64,000 nucleotides of DNA from an uncultured virus (IMG/VR IMGVR_UViG_3300013121_000021) (Duplodnaviria > Heunggongvirae > Uroviricota > Caudoviricetes). The notes under the pieces are model-generated. The model was not told where the DNA came from. It ran no database searches and was given only the letters and a program-made list of their open reading frames with translations. The stretch lies in the IMG/VR virus record IMGVR_UViG_3300013121_000021; one strand, given 5' to 3'. This document shows positions 21,527 to 31,801 of this stretch, in pieces (within the stretch, counting starts at the first letter, position 1; the number at the start of each line of letters is the position of its first letter). Position numbers and translations under genes: made by a program.

Positions 21527-23014
21527 TTATGTCGAAATTAAACTTTTAATATAAACTGGATCTAATCTTGAATTTTTTATAATAATATCAGTATCAATAT
21601 TTTCATTAGAATATTTAGAACTAATAATTAAATCTTCAATAATCAACATTATTTTTTCAATTTGAGATTGAACTAATAATTTATATCTATTTGATAATTT
21701 AATTTTAAAATCAGAAAATAATGTTGTTAAATTAAAGTTTTTTATTATATTAAAACGGCGATTTTTTATATTAGATAAAAATTCAAGAATGATTAATTTA
21801 GTTTTATTTTGATCTTCTTCAGTTTGATATTTAAATGGTATATTATATAATTTCTGAATATCTTTAAAAGTTTGGGTTTTAAAGATATATTCAATTGAAT
21901 TATCAGTAAATGAAGAAAATATTATTTCTGTAATTTGGTTTCTATTTAATTTTAATATTTGACTATTAGCGTTATTAAATTTATATGTTTTCTTATCTTT
22001 TAATAAATCAATAACAAAATTTATTGTTAAATCTATATTTGATAAAAATGTTTTTTCAAATTGCAAATAAATAATATTTGTAATTTGATCTGATAATGGT
22101 TCTAATTCTGAATCTATTAAAACCACTTCAATTTTAGTTCTTATTTCATCTAATAGATTTGTTAAATTAATTATAAAACTATTTAAATTATCAGAATTGT
22201 TTAAATATTGTAAAATATTTGAACTTAATCCATATTTAATTTTATAGTTTTCAATCAAAGCTATAATATCTTGAGTTGTAAATTCTGCCGAAAATATTAT
22301 TTTTCTTATATCAATTAATAAATTCGGTATTACAAATTCTTGATCAATATCTAAATCTCTATTACCTTCAATAATTAAATCTATCTTTGAATCAATTGAT
22401 TGTTCAATGTCAAATATTTGTTGTATTAATGGTATGATATTTATTTTGTTAATTTGAAAATTATTTTTTATTAGACATTGATTTATAATTCTAAAAAATT
22501 TTTCTTCTTTACTATTAAAAATATTTTTAATTATAGCATATAAATCATCAATTATATCTGGTATTATTACTAATTTGTCATAAGATGTAGGTACAATCTG
22601 TTTATAAATTTGCAATTCAATATTTTCCATTAAAATTGATTTTTCAAAAAATATAGAATCAATTTTTTGCAAATATATTGTTATTAAATCATTTTTTAAT
22701 ATATTAATTATATCATCTTCACTATGAATTAAATTAGAATCAATCCAAGATTTAATAGAAAACTTAAATTTAGAATCTAATTTTTTAGATATTAAAAAAT
22801 TAGAAATATTATTTTGAGTTTGATAATATATATTTGAAATGTTTTTCTTTAATGTAGGTTGTATAGTAGAAAAAACATCATTTATTGTATTATTTAAAAT
22901 ATTTATTAATTCAACTCTTTGATCATTTAAAAGTTTAATAGTATCATTTATATCTGATTCAAATATAGATAAACTCGAATAAATATTTTCTGAAAATTCT
23001 TCATCGGTTATCAT
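21527..23014 (-). CDS. Hypothetical protein (495 aa)
   Basis: Long ORF coupled to its neighbours. Confidence 0.8.
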   Translation of the reverse strand: MITDEEFSENIYSSLSIFESDINDTIKLLNDQRVELINILNNTINDVFSTIQPTLKKNISNIYYQTQNNISNFLISKKLDSKFKFSIKSWIDSNLIHSEDDIINILKNDLITIYLQKIDSIFFEKSILMENIELQIYKQIVPTSYDKLVIIPDIIDDLYAIIKNIFNSKEEKFFRIINQCLIKNNFQINKINIIPLIQQIFDIEQSIDSKIDLIIEGNRDLDIDQEFVIPNLLIDIRKIIFSAEFTTQDIIALIENYKIKYGLSSNILQYLNNSDNLNSFIINLTNLLDEIRTKIEVVLIDSELEPLSDQITNIIYLQFEKTFLSNIDLTINFVIDLLKDKKTYKFNNANSQILKLNRNQITEIIFSSFTDNSIEYIFKTQTFKDIQKLYNIPFKYQTEEDQNKTKLIILEFLSNIKNRRFNIIKNFNLTTLFSDFKIKLSNRYKLLVQSQIEKIMLIIEDLIISSKYSNENIDTDIIIKNSRLDPVYIKSLIST

Positions 23015-24156
23015 AATTGGGTTTCAATATTTGTAACAGCATTATTTGTCGTGGTATCTACTGATGCCATTATAGTATTATTTACAGTATTTACTTGTGT
23101 TTGAGATGTATTTAAAGTTGAATCTATAGAATTATTAGTTAATTGTTCTGCAGATTTTGAAACATTTTGAGTTGCTTCAACAGAAATATTATTTAATTGA
23201 CTTAAATCTTGTGAAAGTGAATTATTATCTGTAGATGTTTTAGGAGCATCGGACATAGATGATGCATTTTGAACTGGATCTGCAGCTGGAGTAGTATCTT
23301 GAAAATCTATATTCGATGTTACACTTAATCCCATTGGTGTAGCTGAAACACTTGAAGAAAAAGATTTTCCAACTGCAAACATTGCATAAACATCAATTAA
23401 AAAATCAAGAATTAACCAATCATTTACACCTGTAAAATTAGATACTGGTAAAATAGATTCTGTACCTTTTAAAATAACATCTTGATAATCTGTACAAATA
23501 TAAGGAACAGTATATACTGTAGTTTGATAATTATTTCTTGTACCCACTACCTCTTTAGTTGGTATAGATACTGGAAATAATCCAATTGCTTTTCCAATAT
23601 AAGTAATACTTCTTAAATCTGGTTTATATTTTATAATATATGCGCAAGTAGCATAATCTAATGTTTTATCACTATAATATAATTCTGTTGGTTGCACCTC
23701 TCCTAAAATTACTTGCTCAATATAATGAAACCAAGTATGATGCATTTCATATACATCTAATGTTGCATTTTCTAAATATGAAATTGTAAAATTTCCTCCA
23801 CTTGATCTACCTACACCATAAGGTACACGTAAATTCATAGTAGAGGCAACTTCATTATTAAGAATTTGAATTTCGGGAGGATTATAATCTTGGGCCAAAA
23901 AAACTGTATCTAAACAATTATAAAAATATTTGACAGTTTTTAATGGATTCCAAAGTAACCCACTTAATATTGGAGGCTTTAAAAAAATAACATTATAACC
24001 TGAAATATCTGGTATGCCGGCAGCAAAACCAGTACCAATAAATGTATCTATTTTTTCAGTAAGCCATGTTTTTATAAAATGGGTTGCTATTGGATTCCTT
24101 AAATATTCCGAATATCTCCTTGGTAATTCATATAGATTCATACATTTAATTGACAA
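23011..24156 (-). CDS. Putative tail-tube-fold protein with S/T/N-rich tail
   Basis: FTISYLE..VYEMHHTW and GLFPVSIP pattern reminiscent of gp19/gp54-like proteins. Confidence 0.5.
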   Translation of the reverse strand: MSIKCMNLYELPRRYSEYLRNPIATHFIKTWLTEKIDTFIGTGFAAGIPDISGYNVIFLKPPILSGLLWNPLKTVKYFYNCLDTVFLAQDYNPPEIQILNNEVASTMNLRVPYGVGRSSGGNFTISYLENATLDVYEMHHTWFHYIEQVILGEVQPTELYYSDKTLDYATCAYIIKYKPDLRSITYIGKAIGLFPVSIPTKEVVGTRNNYQTTVYTVPYICTDYQDVILKGTESILPVSNFTGVNDWLILDFLIDVYAMFAVGKSFSSSVSATPMGLSVTSNIDFQDTTPAADPVQNASSMSDAPKTSTDNNSLSQDLSQLNNISVEATQNVSKSAEQLTNNSIDSTLNTSQTQVNTVNNTIMASVDTTTNNAVTNIETQL

Positions 24157-24976
24157 TTAAATTTTTGTATATTATAACTTAACATATAAACTACAATTCT
24201 TCGTAATTGGGATCTATTAGTATCGGAATAACCCATATAATTGTATTTTCTTTGAAATTTTGTTTCTAATATATCTTGAAGTAATTTATCACAAATTGCT
24301 TTTATTTGATTTACTTCATGATTATGTTTAGATGAAATAATTCGTTTTTGTATTTCCGTAAAAAATGACTGATTACATATGTTTTGTTGTGATAAACCAG
24401 ATATTCTCCTAAATATTAATTCTAATAATTCCTTAATATAATCTACATATTCCATTTTATGTAAAGCATTAAGTATTATTAATATATTACTCTCTTGAGA
24501 TTTTGACTGATCCCTTAAAAATCCCATAAAATCTGGTGAATATTTAGGAGCTGAATTTGTAACAATATAATTTGTAATATTATCTACTTGTTCATCAAAT
24601 CCGGAAGAATTTTCATCTTCCGGATTTGACATTTCATCACTTTTAGATGTAGATATTTTAAGACCTTTTTGTCTTGCTTCAAAATATAATGGTTGTAATC
24701 CACTTGAATATTTCATACCACCAGTATCTAAATCTGCAACGGCACCAGATCTAAAAATTTGTCTTAATCTATTAAAAGATTGTTCAAATAATCGTTTGGT
24801 TTCGTCTGAATTTCCAATTATATTTGGTTTATATTTTGTATATATCGTCCCAACAAAATATTGGGTTATCATTTCTAATGGCGTAGAGTATTTATTTGGT
24901 AAATACTTACGATTCATCATATTAGATACTACATACGCCATTGTATTAGCATTACAATACGGGATGCTACTTTTTA
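24138..24976 (-). CDS. Unknown intron-split gene, exon 2
   Basis: Splicing gives WNGR-L-KSSIPYCNANTMAYVVS; 410 aa in total. Confidence 0.82.
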
Positions 24977-25203
24977 CATTTATGTTCAGTAAAGATCGCT
25001 ACTCTTTACCCGGGATTTTACCCAGCTTATAGTTACCTATAAGATCAGACTATCTCTTTAGTTAAAAAACTATTTTACATTTCCACCCGCTTGAGTGTAC
25101 AATTAGTCGTTACACCTTCTAGATTTAATCTAGTTTGGCTCGGTATTGTCCTTAGCGTTAGGAGTTTCACCGAATTAATAAAATTTAACGTCACCTATTT
25201 TTA
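24977..25203 (-). mobile_element. Group I intron (227 nt, ORF-less)
   Basis: Exon GUCGCU pairs with IGS GGUGAC; same core and 3' end as the 11930..12256 intron; terminal G; frame restored. Confidence 0.9.
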
Positions 25204-25597
25204 AGCGACCATTCCACAATTTAAATAACATCAATGTAAGAGCATTTTGTGCTAAATAATCATTATCAGTTTTAGCACCTAATAATATACATAATAATAA
25301 AATATGATAGTAAGGATTATTATGCATCCGGGCCGTACTTGGAACTACCCATTGCGTCGAAAATGCTTGGTTAATCTGATCTTTAGTTATACCTATTTCA
25401 TCAAACAAATGATAAATATCCTTTTCAGGAATAACAAAAGTAACACAATAACCTTCATTCTTTTTCTTTGTATCTAGAATATCTAATTGTATTTTATGTA
25501 TTAATCGTTGTAAAATAACTGTTAATCGTCTTTGGAACTCTTTATATTCTGGTTTAGTAATTATTTCAACAATCTGGTCGATTGGTTTGGTGGCCAT
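25204..25597 (-). CDS. Unknown intron-split gene, exon 1
   Basis: AAGGA RBS; ORF runs into the intron P1 helix. Confidence 0.82.
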
Positions 25598-25627
25598 TTT
25601 CCTTACCTTTAAAAAATGGATTTTTAT

Positions 25628-26347
25628 TTATATTAATAAAGAAAATATTCTAGATAATTTTGTATTGTTATCTTTAAATGTTTCTACTAATTCAAATAAT
25701 TTATCACGATCAAATATTTCACTATATAAATCAGATTCCATTAATTCATTAATTTTACTTTCAATAATATATGGAAAATTAACAGATTTGATAAAATTAC
25801 TCATCATTATAGATTTATAAGAATGATTTATTGATTCTTCTATTGATAATCCTTCTGTAAGCATTAATTCATAAGAATTCTCTATTACTATATCCTTATA
25901 TTTTTCTTTTCTCTGCTGTTCAGTTAAATTATAATAATTTTTTGAAAAGAAATCAAGAGTCAATCTATTAGATTCTGTTTCTAAATCTATTTCACTAGAT
26001 TCTAATGTTAAATTCTTAAACCCATGTACTTTAGGTTCAATATTAATAAATTCATAAATATCTTTAACATTTTCTAATAATGTTGATAATATCTCTTTAG
26101 CTTTTTCTTGCTGTTCTTCATTTAATTGATTAATAAATTTCTTATAAATATATGAATCATATTTAACTTTATTTTTAAATTGATCATCAGTATATTCTTC
26201 AAAAATATACATCGAATAATCAATTTTTTTAGGCGTGTTTTGTTTTAACTGTTCATTAATTTCAATTTGCTTATTTTCTTTAATTTTATTTAAAGCAGCA
26301 TATGCGGCTTTTGATAACTCATATTTATCTGTAAATAATGCGCTCAT
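25628..26347 (-). CDS. Hypothetical protein (possible head-associated protein)
   Basis: 239 aa, GAGG RBS, several L/I-x-E motifs. Confidence 0.75.
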   Translation of the reverse strand: MSALFTDKYELSKAAYAALNKIKENKQIEINEQLKQNTPKKIDYSMYIFEEYTDDQFKNKVKYDSYIYKKFINQLNEEQQEKAKEILSTLLENVKDIYEFINIEPKVHGFKNLTLESSEIDLETESNRLTLDFFSKNYYNLTEQQRKEKYKDIVIENSYELMLTEGLSIEESINHSYKSIMMSNFIKSVNFPYIIESKINELMESDLYSEIFDRDKLFELVETFKDNNTKLSRIFSLLI

Positions 26348-26367
26348 TTAATTCTAACCTCATTGTA

Positions 26368-26718
26368 TTAGTCTTTATAATTTATTGTATTAGGTTGTGT
26401 ATAAAAAGATTCTTCAGATTTAATTGGTTTACGTCTAGTTAATAAATATCCTGCACCTAAACCTAAACCTAATGAACCTAATGCTAAAGTAGGATTGATA
26501 CTTTTTACTACTTTATCATTAATAATTTTATTAGTTGTATTAGCTGCGGCTTTAATTGCATTTATTTTAGAACTTTCTTGTCCGTCTTTTTTACCAATAT
26601 AATACGCACCAGTTCCTAATAAACCAAGACCTGCTCCTACACCTATTCCTTTTAATATTTTTTTCCCAATAGAACCTTTTGTTTCTTGAATTAAAAAATT
26701 TATATCATCTAATATCAT
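26368..26718 (-). CDS. Small leader-family protein with two Gly-rich hydrophobic segments
   Basis: MILDDINFLIQE; GIGVGAGLGLLGTG and LGSLGLGLGAG. Confidence 0.75.
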   Translation of the reverse strand: MILDDINFLIQETKGSIGKKILKGIGVGAGLGLLGTGAYYIGKKDGQESSKINAIKAAANTTNKIINDKVVKSINPTLALGSLGLGLGAGYLLTRRKPIKSEESFYTQPNTINYKD

Positions 26719-26720
26719 TA

Positions 26721-28814
26721 TTAAAATACCTGAAATACATCTTTTTGATGGGTTATAAATGTTTTCATATTATCTAAACTTAACATACCAACACTTGTTG
26801 GAGTATCAAACATAAATTTATAATATACCATTTTTGTCTTTTCATCGATAACAATAATATTAGGAACATTTAATCTATCATTAATTAACCTAACCATATT
26901 GCTAAGATGCTTTTCATTTAATTTAAATCCATCTAATGGATTCGTTTCTCTTGCTTGTTCTTCTTCTTCTTTACCTCTATTTGCAATTTTATTTTGATAA
27001 ACTTGTTTTTGTTTTGAAAAATTTATTGTAGCCAAAGACATAAATAATTTTTCAATTACAGATGCCCGTAAAACCAAACAATAATTTGGAAATTCTAAAG
27101 CATCTCTTTTTTGAATTTTTACTTCTTCAGTTACACTTTTAAAATATTCACATATATATGCTAAAAAACAATATAATGATATAAAATATAAAATATTTGA
27201 TATTGCTGAACTTAAATTTTCTAATAATTTTTCATTACCGGGTTGTTGATTTCCTAATAATCGTTGTATTCTTACTCCAAAAGTTACATTTTGTAAATTT
27301 TCATTATCATTTTGATCTTTTGATCTTGTAAAAATATCAAATATTCCTGCGTTATTTATATTAATTGCTGGAGTTTCTCTATTAAATAATAACTTTGATA
27401 TAGCATCTTTATATGTTTTAAATATATCTGTTAATCGAGATTCTTTTAAAGCTATCTTATAAATAAATTTTTCAAGTAAAGAAGTTTGAGCTGACAATTG
27501 TGTTGACAATGTAACTATTTTATCAACAAAATCTGCAAACTTATTTGTAGACATTCCAACTAATCCAAAATGGGTTTGTCCTAATTGTCTTAATATATTT
27601 TCAACAGAAATTCTCGGAACAACTTGACAAATATTTGAATTTATATCTAATTTTTGCTGTAAAGCTTTTACTTCTTCTTCTGTCTTTACATTTGTTGCAC
27701 CACCAGTAGATGCCGTTAAAACAGCGTTGAAAATATTTTCAAATAAACTATCAGTTAAATCTGATATTTTTTCAATTTTAGAGGATACCACCTTCGAAAC
27801 ATCTATTTCATCATCACTAACTAATGCATTTGCTACAGAATTTAGTAATGGAACTATATGATTTGCTAATAAGCCACCAAATAAAGTATTACATTTTTGA
27901 ATTATTGTATTTTTTGCAACAATAGAATTAGTAAAAGCTGTAGATGCTTGGACAACTAATGAATTATCAGTTTTAATATTTACTTCATCAGCAAATAACT
28001 TTGGATCTAATACTCTTTTTAAATATTTTATAGTTATATCTAATTCTGATTCCGCTCTATCTAATAATACTGCAACTCTATTACTTGGTGTGCGTTCATC
28101 ATAACCAGGTTTTCTAGTATCATATGTTTTTTCACCTTCTGATGTACCAAAATATTTCATGTAATCATCAACTTTAACTTTATTCATTATGTTGACGATT
28201 GCACTTAAATTAGATGATGAATCAAGTGTCAATGGATTAGATTCTCGTTCTGGAGCAAACCCAGCACTAATAAATAAAATCCAAAATAAAGCAGAACTAG
28301 ATGTAAAATATTGTTTTGTTCCTATTACTAACGGAATATCCACTAAATTTTCAATAGTAATAGTAGATACTATTGGATTTAATTGTTTATAATTTGGATT
28401 ATTTTTTATTTGATCTTGTATAAAAGCTTTTAATTGATTTATTTTATTTTGATATTCATACTTATCATTAGGGGCATAACGAGATTGTTCTATAGGTTGA
28501 CGATCATAATAAGTTGAATAATTTCTTGTTAGTGATCCTAAATTTTTTGCTAATTCCTCAGCTGGATTTATTTCTCTATTATCAACATTAATATAATTAG
28601 ATTTACTGGCGGCTGTCTGTAAATCTAAAATATTAGAGATTTTAATTTGAGTAATAAATTGAACTGTAAAAAAATCTCTTATAACTTCAGAATAGGATCT
28701 TAATTTATCATCAAATATGATAGGATATGTAAAAACTAAACTATCTTTATTTAATGTTTTAGAAGGTTGTCTTATATTTTGTAATGTTTCCGACGGAGAA
28801 GACGGTAATCTCAT
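26721..28814 (-). CDS. Hypothetical protein (697 aa)
   Basis: Long ORF, no recognised motif. Confidence 0.8.
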   Translation of the reverse strand: MRLPSSPSETLQNIRQPSKTLNKDSLVFTYPIIFDDKLRSYSEVIRDFFTVQFITQIKISNILDLQTAASKSNYINVDNREINPAEELAKNLGSLTRNYSTYYDRQPIEQSRYAPNDKYEYQNKINQLKAFIQDQIKNNPNYKQLNPIVSTITIENLVDIPLVIGTKQYFTSSSALFWILFISAGFAPERESNPLTLDSSSNLSAIVNIMNKVKVDDYMKYFGTSEGEKTYDTRKPGYDERTPSNRVAVLLDRAESELDITIKYLKRVLDPKLFADEVNIKTDNSLVVQASTAFTNSIVAKNTIIQKCNTLFGGLLANHIVPLLNSVANALVSDDEIDVSKVVSSKIEKISDLTDSLFENIFNAVLTASTGGATNVKTEEEVKALQQKLDINSNICQVVPRISVENILRQLGQTHFGLVGMSTNKFADFVDKIVTLSTQLSAQTSLLEKFIYKIALKESRLTDIFKTYKDAISKLLFNRETPAININNAGIFDIFTRSKDQNDNENLQNVTFGVRIQRLLGNQQPGNEKLLENLSSAISNILYFISLYCFLAYICEYFKSVTEEVKIQKRDALEFPNYCLVLRASVIEKLFMSLATINFSKQKQVYQNKIANRGKEEEEQARETNPLDGFKLNEKHLSNMVRLINDRLNVPNIIVIDEKTKMVYYKFMFDTPTSVGMLSLDNMKTFITHQKDVFQVF

Positions 28815-28819
28815 TAATA

Positions 28820-29812
28820 TTACCTATATTTTTCACAAGTTTGCTTATAAACACAAAAATAACAACCTTTTGTATCTATAAATTTATTATCCATTGGTAT
28901 TATTACATTAGAATCTATTGCAGTTTTAATAGTATTATATTTTTCTAATAAATAATTTTCATATATTTTAATATTTATTTTACTTAAATCTACGGATAAT
29001 GTTGTTATAAACCAAAAAGGATTTCTTCTACTATCTAATTTTTTCTTTAATTCTTTACTAAACTTTAAATCTTCATTTAGAGTACTTGAATCAGAAGATA
29101 TTAATTCATGACAAACATATATCAATTGAATATATTTAATATTATACTGATCAAATTTGGGTAAAGCCCCATTTCTTGATGGTTGCTGCTGTTTTATTTC
29201 TTCTAAATGATTTTCCAATAAATGTTTATAAAAAACAGCCTGATAAAAATCAGAATTTCTCGGGGCATTTGATTTTATAATTGAATCATAATCTGCATAT
29301 GTACATGATTTTATTTCAACTAATACATCGTCATTTATTAATGCATCTGCTCTAACCGATATTTGTAAACTTGGAATTTTTAAACAGACTTCAATTTCTG
29401 AAAAAACATCATCCACAGATTGAAGAAAATCGTGAACTGAATTACCAATATGTCCTCGCATAGCTAATGGTAACCATGAAGAACTATAATCTTTTACTGG
29501 ATAATCTTTAATTCTAAAAAATGGAATTCTTGCACATTGCGATGAAATATCATATGCATTTATATTATAAGAATTATTATGATATGATTTATTTGTTTGA
29601 TGTGATTTCTTTTTTAATTTAGAAGTAAAATTTTCAATTGAAAATAATGGAAGTTTTTCTAACGGCGAATTATTTTTAGATTCAATAATTGAAGTTGGAG
29701 ATGTAGTTGGGATTGCAGTTGGAGCGGATACTGATTCTGTAGAAGGTTCAAATGGATTAATTGTAGTATTAATTTGGAGATTATTTAATAGATTATCATA
29801 TAAAGAAGACAT
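28820..29812 (-). CDS. Cas4-like PD-(D/E)XK exonuclease
   Basis: N-terminal Cys (SQCAR), GNSVH, RADALI..VEIKS, QxxxY and C-terminal CYFCVYKQTC Fe-S ligands. Confidence 0.8.
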   Translation of the reverse strand: MSSLYDNLLNNLQINTTINPFEPSTESVSAPTAIPTTSPTSIIESKNNSPLEKLPLFSIENFTSKLKKKSHQTNKSYHNNSYNINAYDISSQCARIPFFRIKDYPVKDYSSSWLPLAMRGHIGNSVHDFLQSVDDVFSEIEVCLKIPSLQISVRADALINDDVLVEIKSCTYADYDSIIKSNAPRNSDFYQAVFYKHLLENHLEEIKQQQPSRNGALPKFDQYNIKYIQLIYVCHELISSDSSTLNEDLKFSKELKKKLDSRRNPFWFITTLSVDLSKINIKIYENYLLEKYNTIKTAIDSNVIIPMDNKFIDTKGCYFCVYKQTCEKYR

Positions 29813-29817
29813 ATTTT

Positions 29818-30753
29818 TTATTTAAAACTAGAGTTAATATATTGTCCACGTAAATCTGTTTTAATATTTCTTGGCGAATAATGTTTGTTCACCTTTCCAC
29901 TTAAAGAATCTTTAACTTTTTGATTCATAATATTTATCCACATTGATTTTAATTGTGGATTTTCTTTAAATAAAATATCAATCATCTTCTTAAAATTTTT
30001 ATACGATTCGTCTAATTCATCACGAATTTCTTGACATCCACTTCCAGTAGGAATCGCAGATAAAGGATCGTCAGTTAAATCAACAGTAGATAAATCTTCA
30101 CCTGTTTTTTGTAAACAAATTTTATATACTTTTGTTAATTCAGCATATGCTGAAGTTAAAAAATCTAATGTACATGTAATTGCACAATCTGACTTATCAG
30201 TAGTATCAAATGTATTATAATTTGATTTTGTTCTTAAAGTTTCCCAAAATGTAGTTTTTTGTTTTACATCTATACCACATTTTTTAGCACAATTAGAATA
30301 TTCTTCATCTAACATAGAAAGAATAACTTCGTGCTGTTTTACTTTTTCTCCTAAAAATTTTACCCATTTAGCAGATAAAAATTTTTGTTTCAATGTAGAA
30401 ATTGATGAAAGGAAAGCTCGAAATGCATGACTTAAAATATTATCTTCATACATACCAATAATAATACCACCCATGAGAGCGGCTAAAGCTATCCCACCAG
30501 TTACAATTCCTAAATCTTCATTTAATAATTCTTCTTCGCAAATATTTTCATGCGAATCAAATAATCTATAAATTATTCTTTGTTGATATAATTTACTTTC
30601 TTCTAATAATTCATTATATAAAATTGGATTTGAAATTCTTACTAATTTTCTTAAATCCAATATATATTCATATAATTCATTGTATTTTTCTTTTGATAAA
30701 CTTCTATCCTTAAGATATGAGGTTGTTATATCTGATAAAAATTCATTATTCAT
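29818..30753 (-). CDS. Hypothetical membrane protein, paralog of 42616..43374
   Basis: LLNE followed by a TM segment; KKC and C..AEL..Y..L..G.D pattern shared with 42616..43374. Confidence 0.72.
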   Translation of the reverse strand: MNNEFLSDITTSYLKDRSLSKEKYNELYEYILDLRKLVRISNPILYNELLEESKLYQQRIIYRLFDSHENICEEELLNEDLGIVTGGIALAALMGGIIIGMYEDNILSHAFRAFLSSISTLKQKFLSAKWVKFLGEKVKQHEVILSMLDEEYSNCAKKCGIDVKQKTTFWETLRTKSNYNTFDTTDKSDCAITCTLDFLTSAYAELTKVYKICLQKTGEDLSTVDLTDDPLSAIPTGSGCQEIRDELDESYKNFKKMIDILFKENPQLKSMWINIMNQKVKDSLSGKVNKHYSPRNIKTDLRGQYINSSFK

Positions 30754-30789
30754 TTTTTAAATAAAAAATTTAACGTTATAATAAAATGA

Positions 30790-30915
30790 TGGACCTAATG
30801 GGAGTTGAACCCATATGAGAATGGCCGTTCAGGCTTCATTCTCATCGAGCACCAAAGATAATGATTCTGGGAATGATTACCCATTCTCTTCCGATAAATC
30901 ATTATTCGTAGGCCC
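30790..30915 (-). ncRNA. tRNA-like non-coding RNA (126 nt), non-canonical
   Basis: 7-bp acceptor stem GGGCCUA/UAGGUCC plus A; T-arm AUGGG-UUCAACU-CCCAU; interior has two long hairpins in place of the D and anticodon arms. Confidence 0.75.
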
Positions 30916-30925
30916 AAAACATTAT

Positions 30926-30939
30926 TTAATATCTATATA
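30926..30939 (-). promoter_or_regulatory. Candidate phage promoter TATATAGATATTAA
   Basis: Ends 10 nt upstream of the tRNA-like RNA; exact copies at 13633..13646 (-) and 38606..38619 (+). Confidence 0.5.
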
Positions 30940-30945
30940 AAAATA

Positions 30946-31128
30946 TTAATAATCTATATTCCATTCTATTTTTACTTTAAAAATTCCTTTTTGGAAACCA
31001 TATTCGTCTTGCGGAATATCTTTTACTAATGGATTAAATTTACTATCAAAGGCTTCAATAATATCCCTTTGAACATCGCAAATACTTTCACCATCATATT
31101 CTTTTTCAAATATAGTTTCATTCTGCAT
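30946..31128 (-). CDS. Hypothetical protein (60 aa)
   Basis: Small ORF overlapping the recA stop. Confidence 0.65.
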   Translation of the reverse strand: MQNETIFEKEYDGESICDVQRDIIEAFDSKFNPLVKDIPQDEYGFQKGIFKVKIEWNIDY

Positions 31129-31801
31129 TTGTTAATTCTTCTTCTATTTCATCTAGAATGACAGGTGTACTACGTAGCATTCCTTTCTTAATTCTTTGAT
31201 CTACAGATAATACAACTGCAGCATCAAATATTTTTCTAAATTCAGGATCCGAATTATATTTTTCAATTAAAGTTCTTTCTGAGAATTTATCACTTTTAAC
31301 AATAATTTCACCAGTCTCTGGATTAACCAAAGTAATTTGTTTAGATTTAGCGTCTCCAGATGCTAATAAAGGATAAATTAATTTAGATTCATTCTTTTTT
31401 GTTATCTTCATCTCCCATGGTGTCATATTTGAAAGGAAATGATATTCGCTTAATATTGGAATAATTCCATATTTTTTATCAAATAAGACACTAATACTAT
31501 ATCCACTTTGTGTATTTTTATTTTTCTCAATATGGACATTTAATATCCAACCATCAATTCCTAAAGGTTCATTAGGTGATAATTTTGCACCTTTAGATAA
31601 AAATAACCATTGTGAATATGCATGATGTAAACTTGTAATATTAGAAGCTGCTTTATAATCAGAAAATTCACCTACGCTTTTTTCACTTTTTACATATGGG
31701 CCATCAATCTTCATATTTGCACGAATCTGATCAATAATGATCATAGTAACTCGATTCATTGCAAATAACGGTTTATATTTACTAATAAGGAAGGTTAGTT
31801 C
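31118..31801 (-). CDS. uvsX: RecA/UvsX-like recombinase, exon 3
   Basis: Joins as GFKAR-ELTFLISK; IIIDQIR and IEKNK RecA-family motifs. Confidence 0.85.
   Translation of the reverse strand, partial: ELTFLISKYKPLFAMNRVTMIIIDQIRANMKIDGPYVKSEKSVGEFSDYKAASNITSLHHAYSQWLFLSKGAKLSPNEPLGIDGWILNVHIEKNKNTQSGYSISVLFDKKYGIIPILSEYHFLSNMTPWEMKITKKNESKLIYPLLASGDAKSKQITLVNPETGEIIVKSDKFSERTLIEKYNSDPEFRKIFDAAVVLSVDQRIKKGMLRSTPVILDEIEEELTNAE

Noticed and set aside
30790..30915. Canonical tRNA or full tmRNA call
   Set aside because: No D-arm or 7-nt anticodon loop in a canonical position, and too short for a tag reading frame with pseudoknots; kept as a tRNA-like ncRNA.
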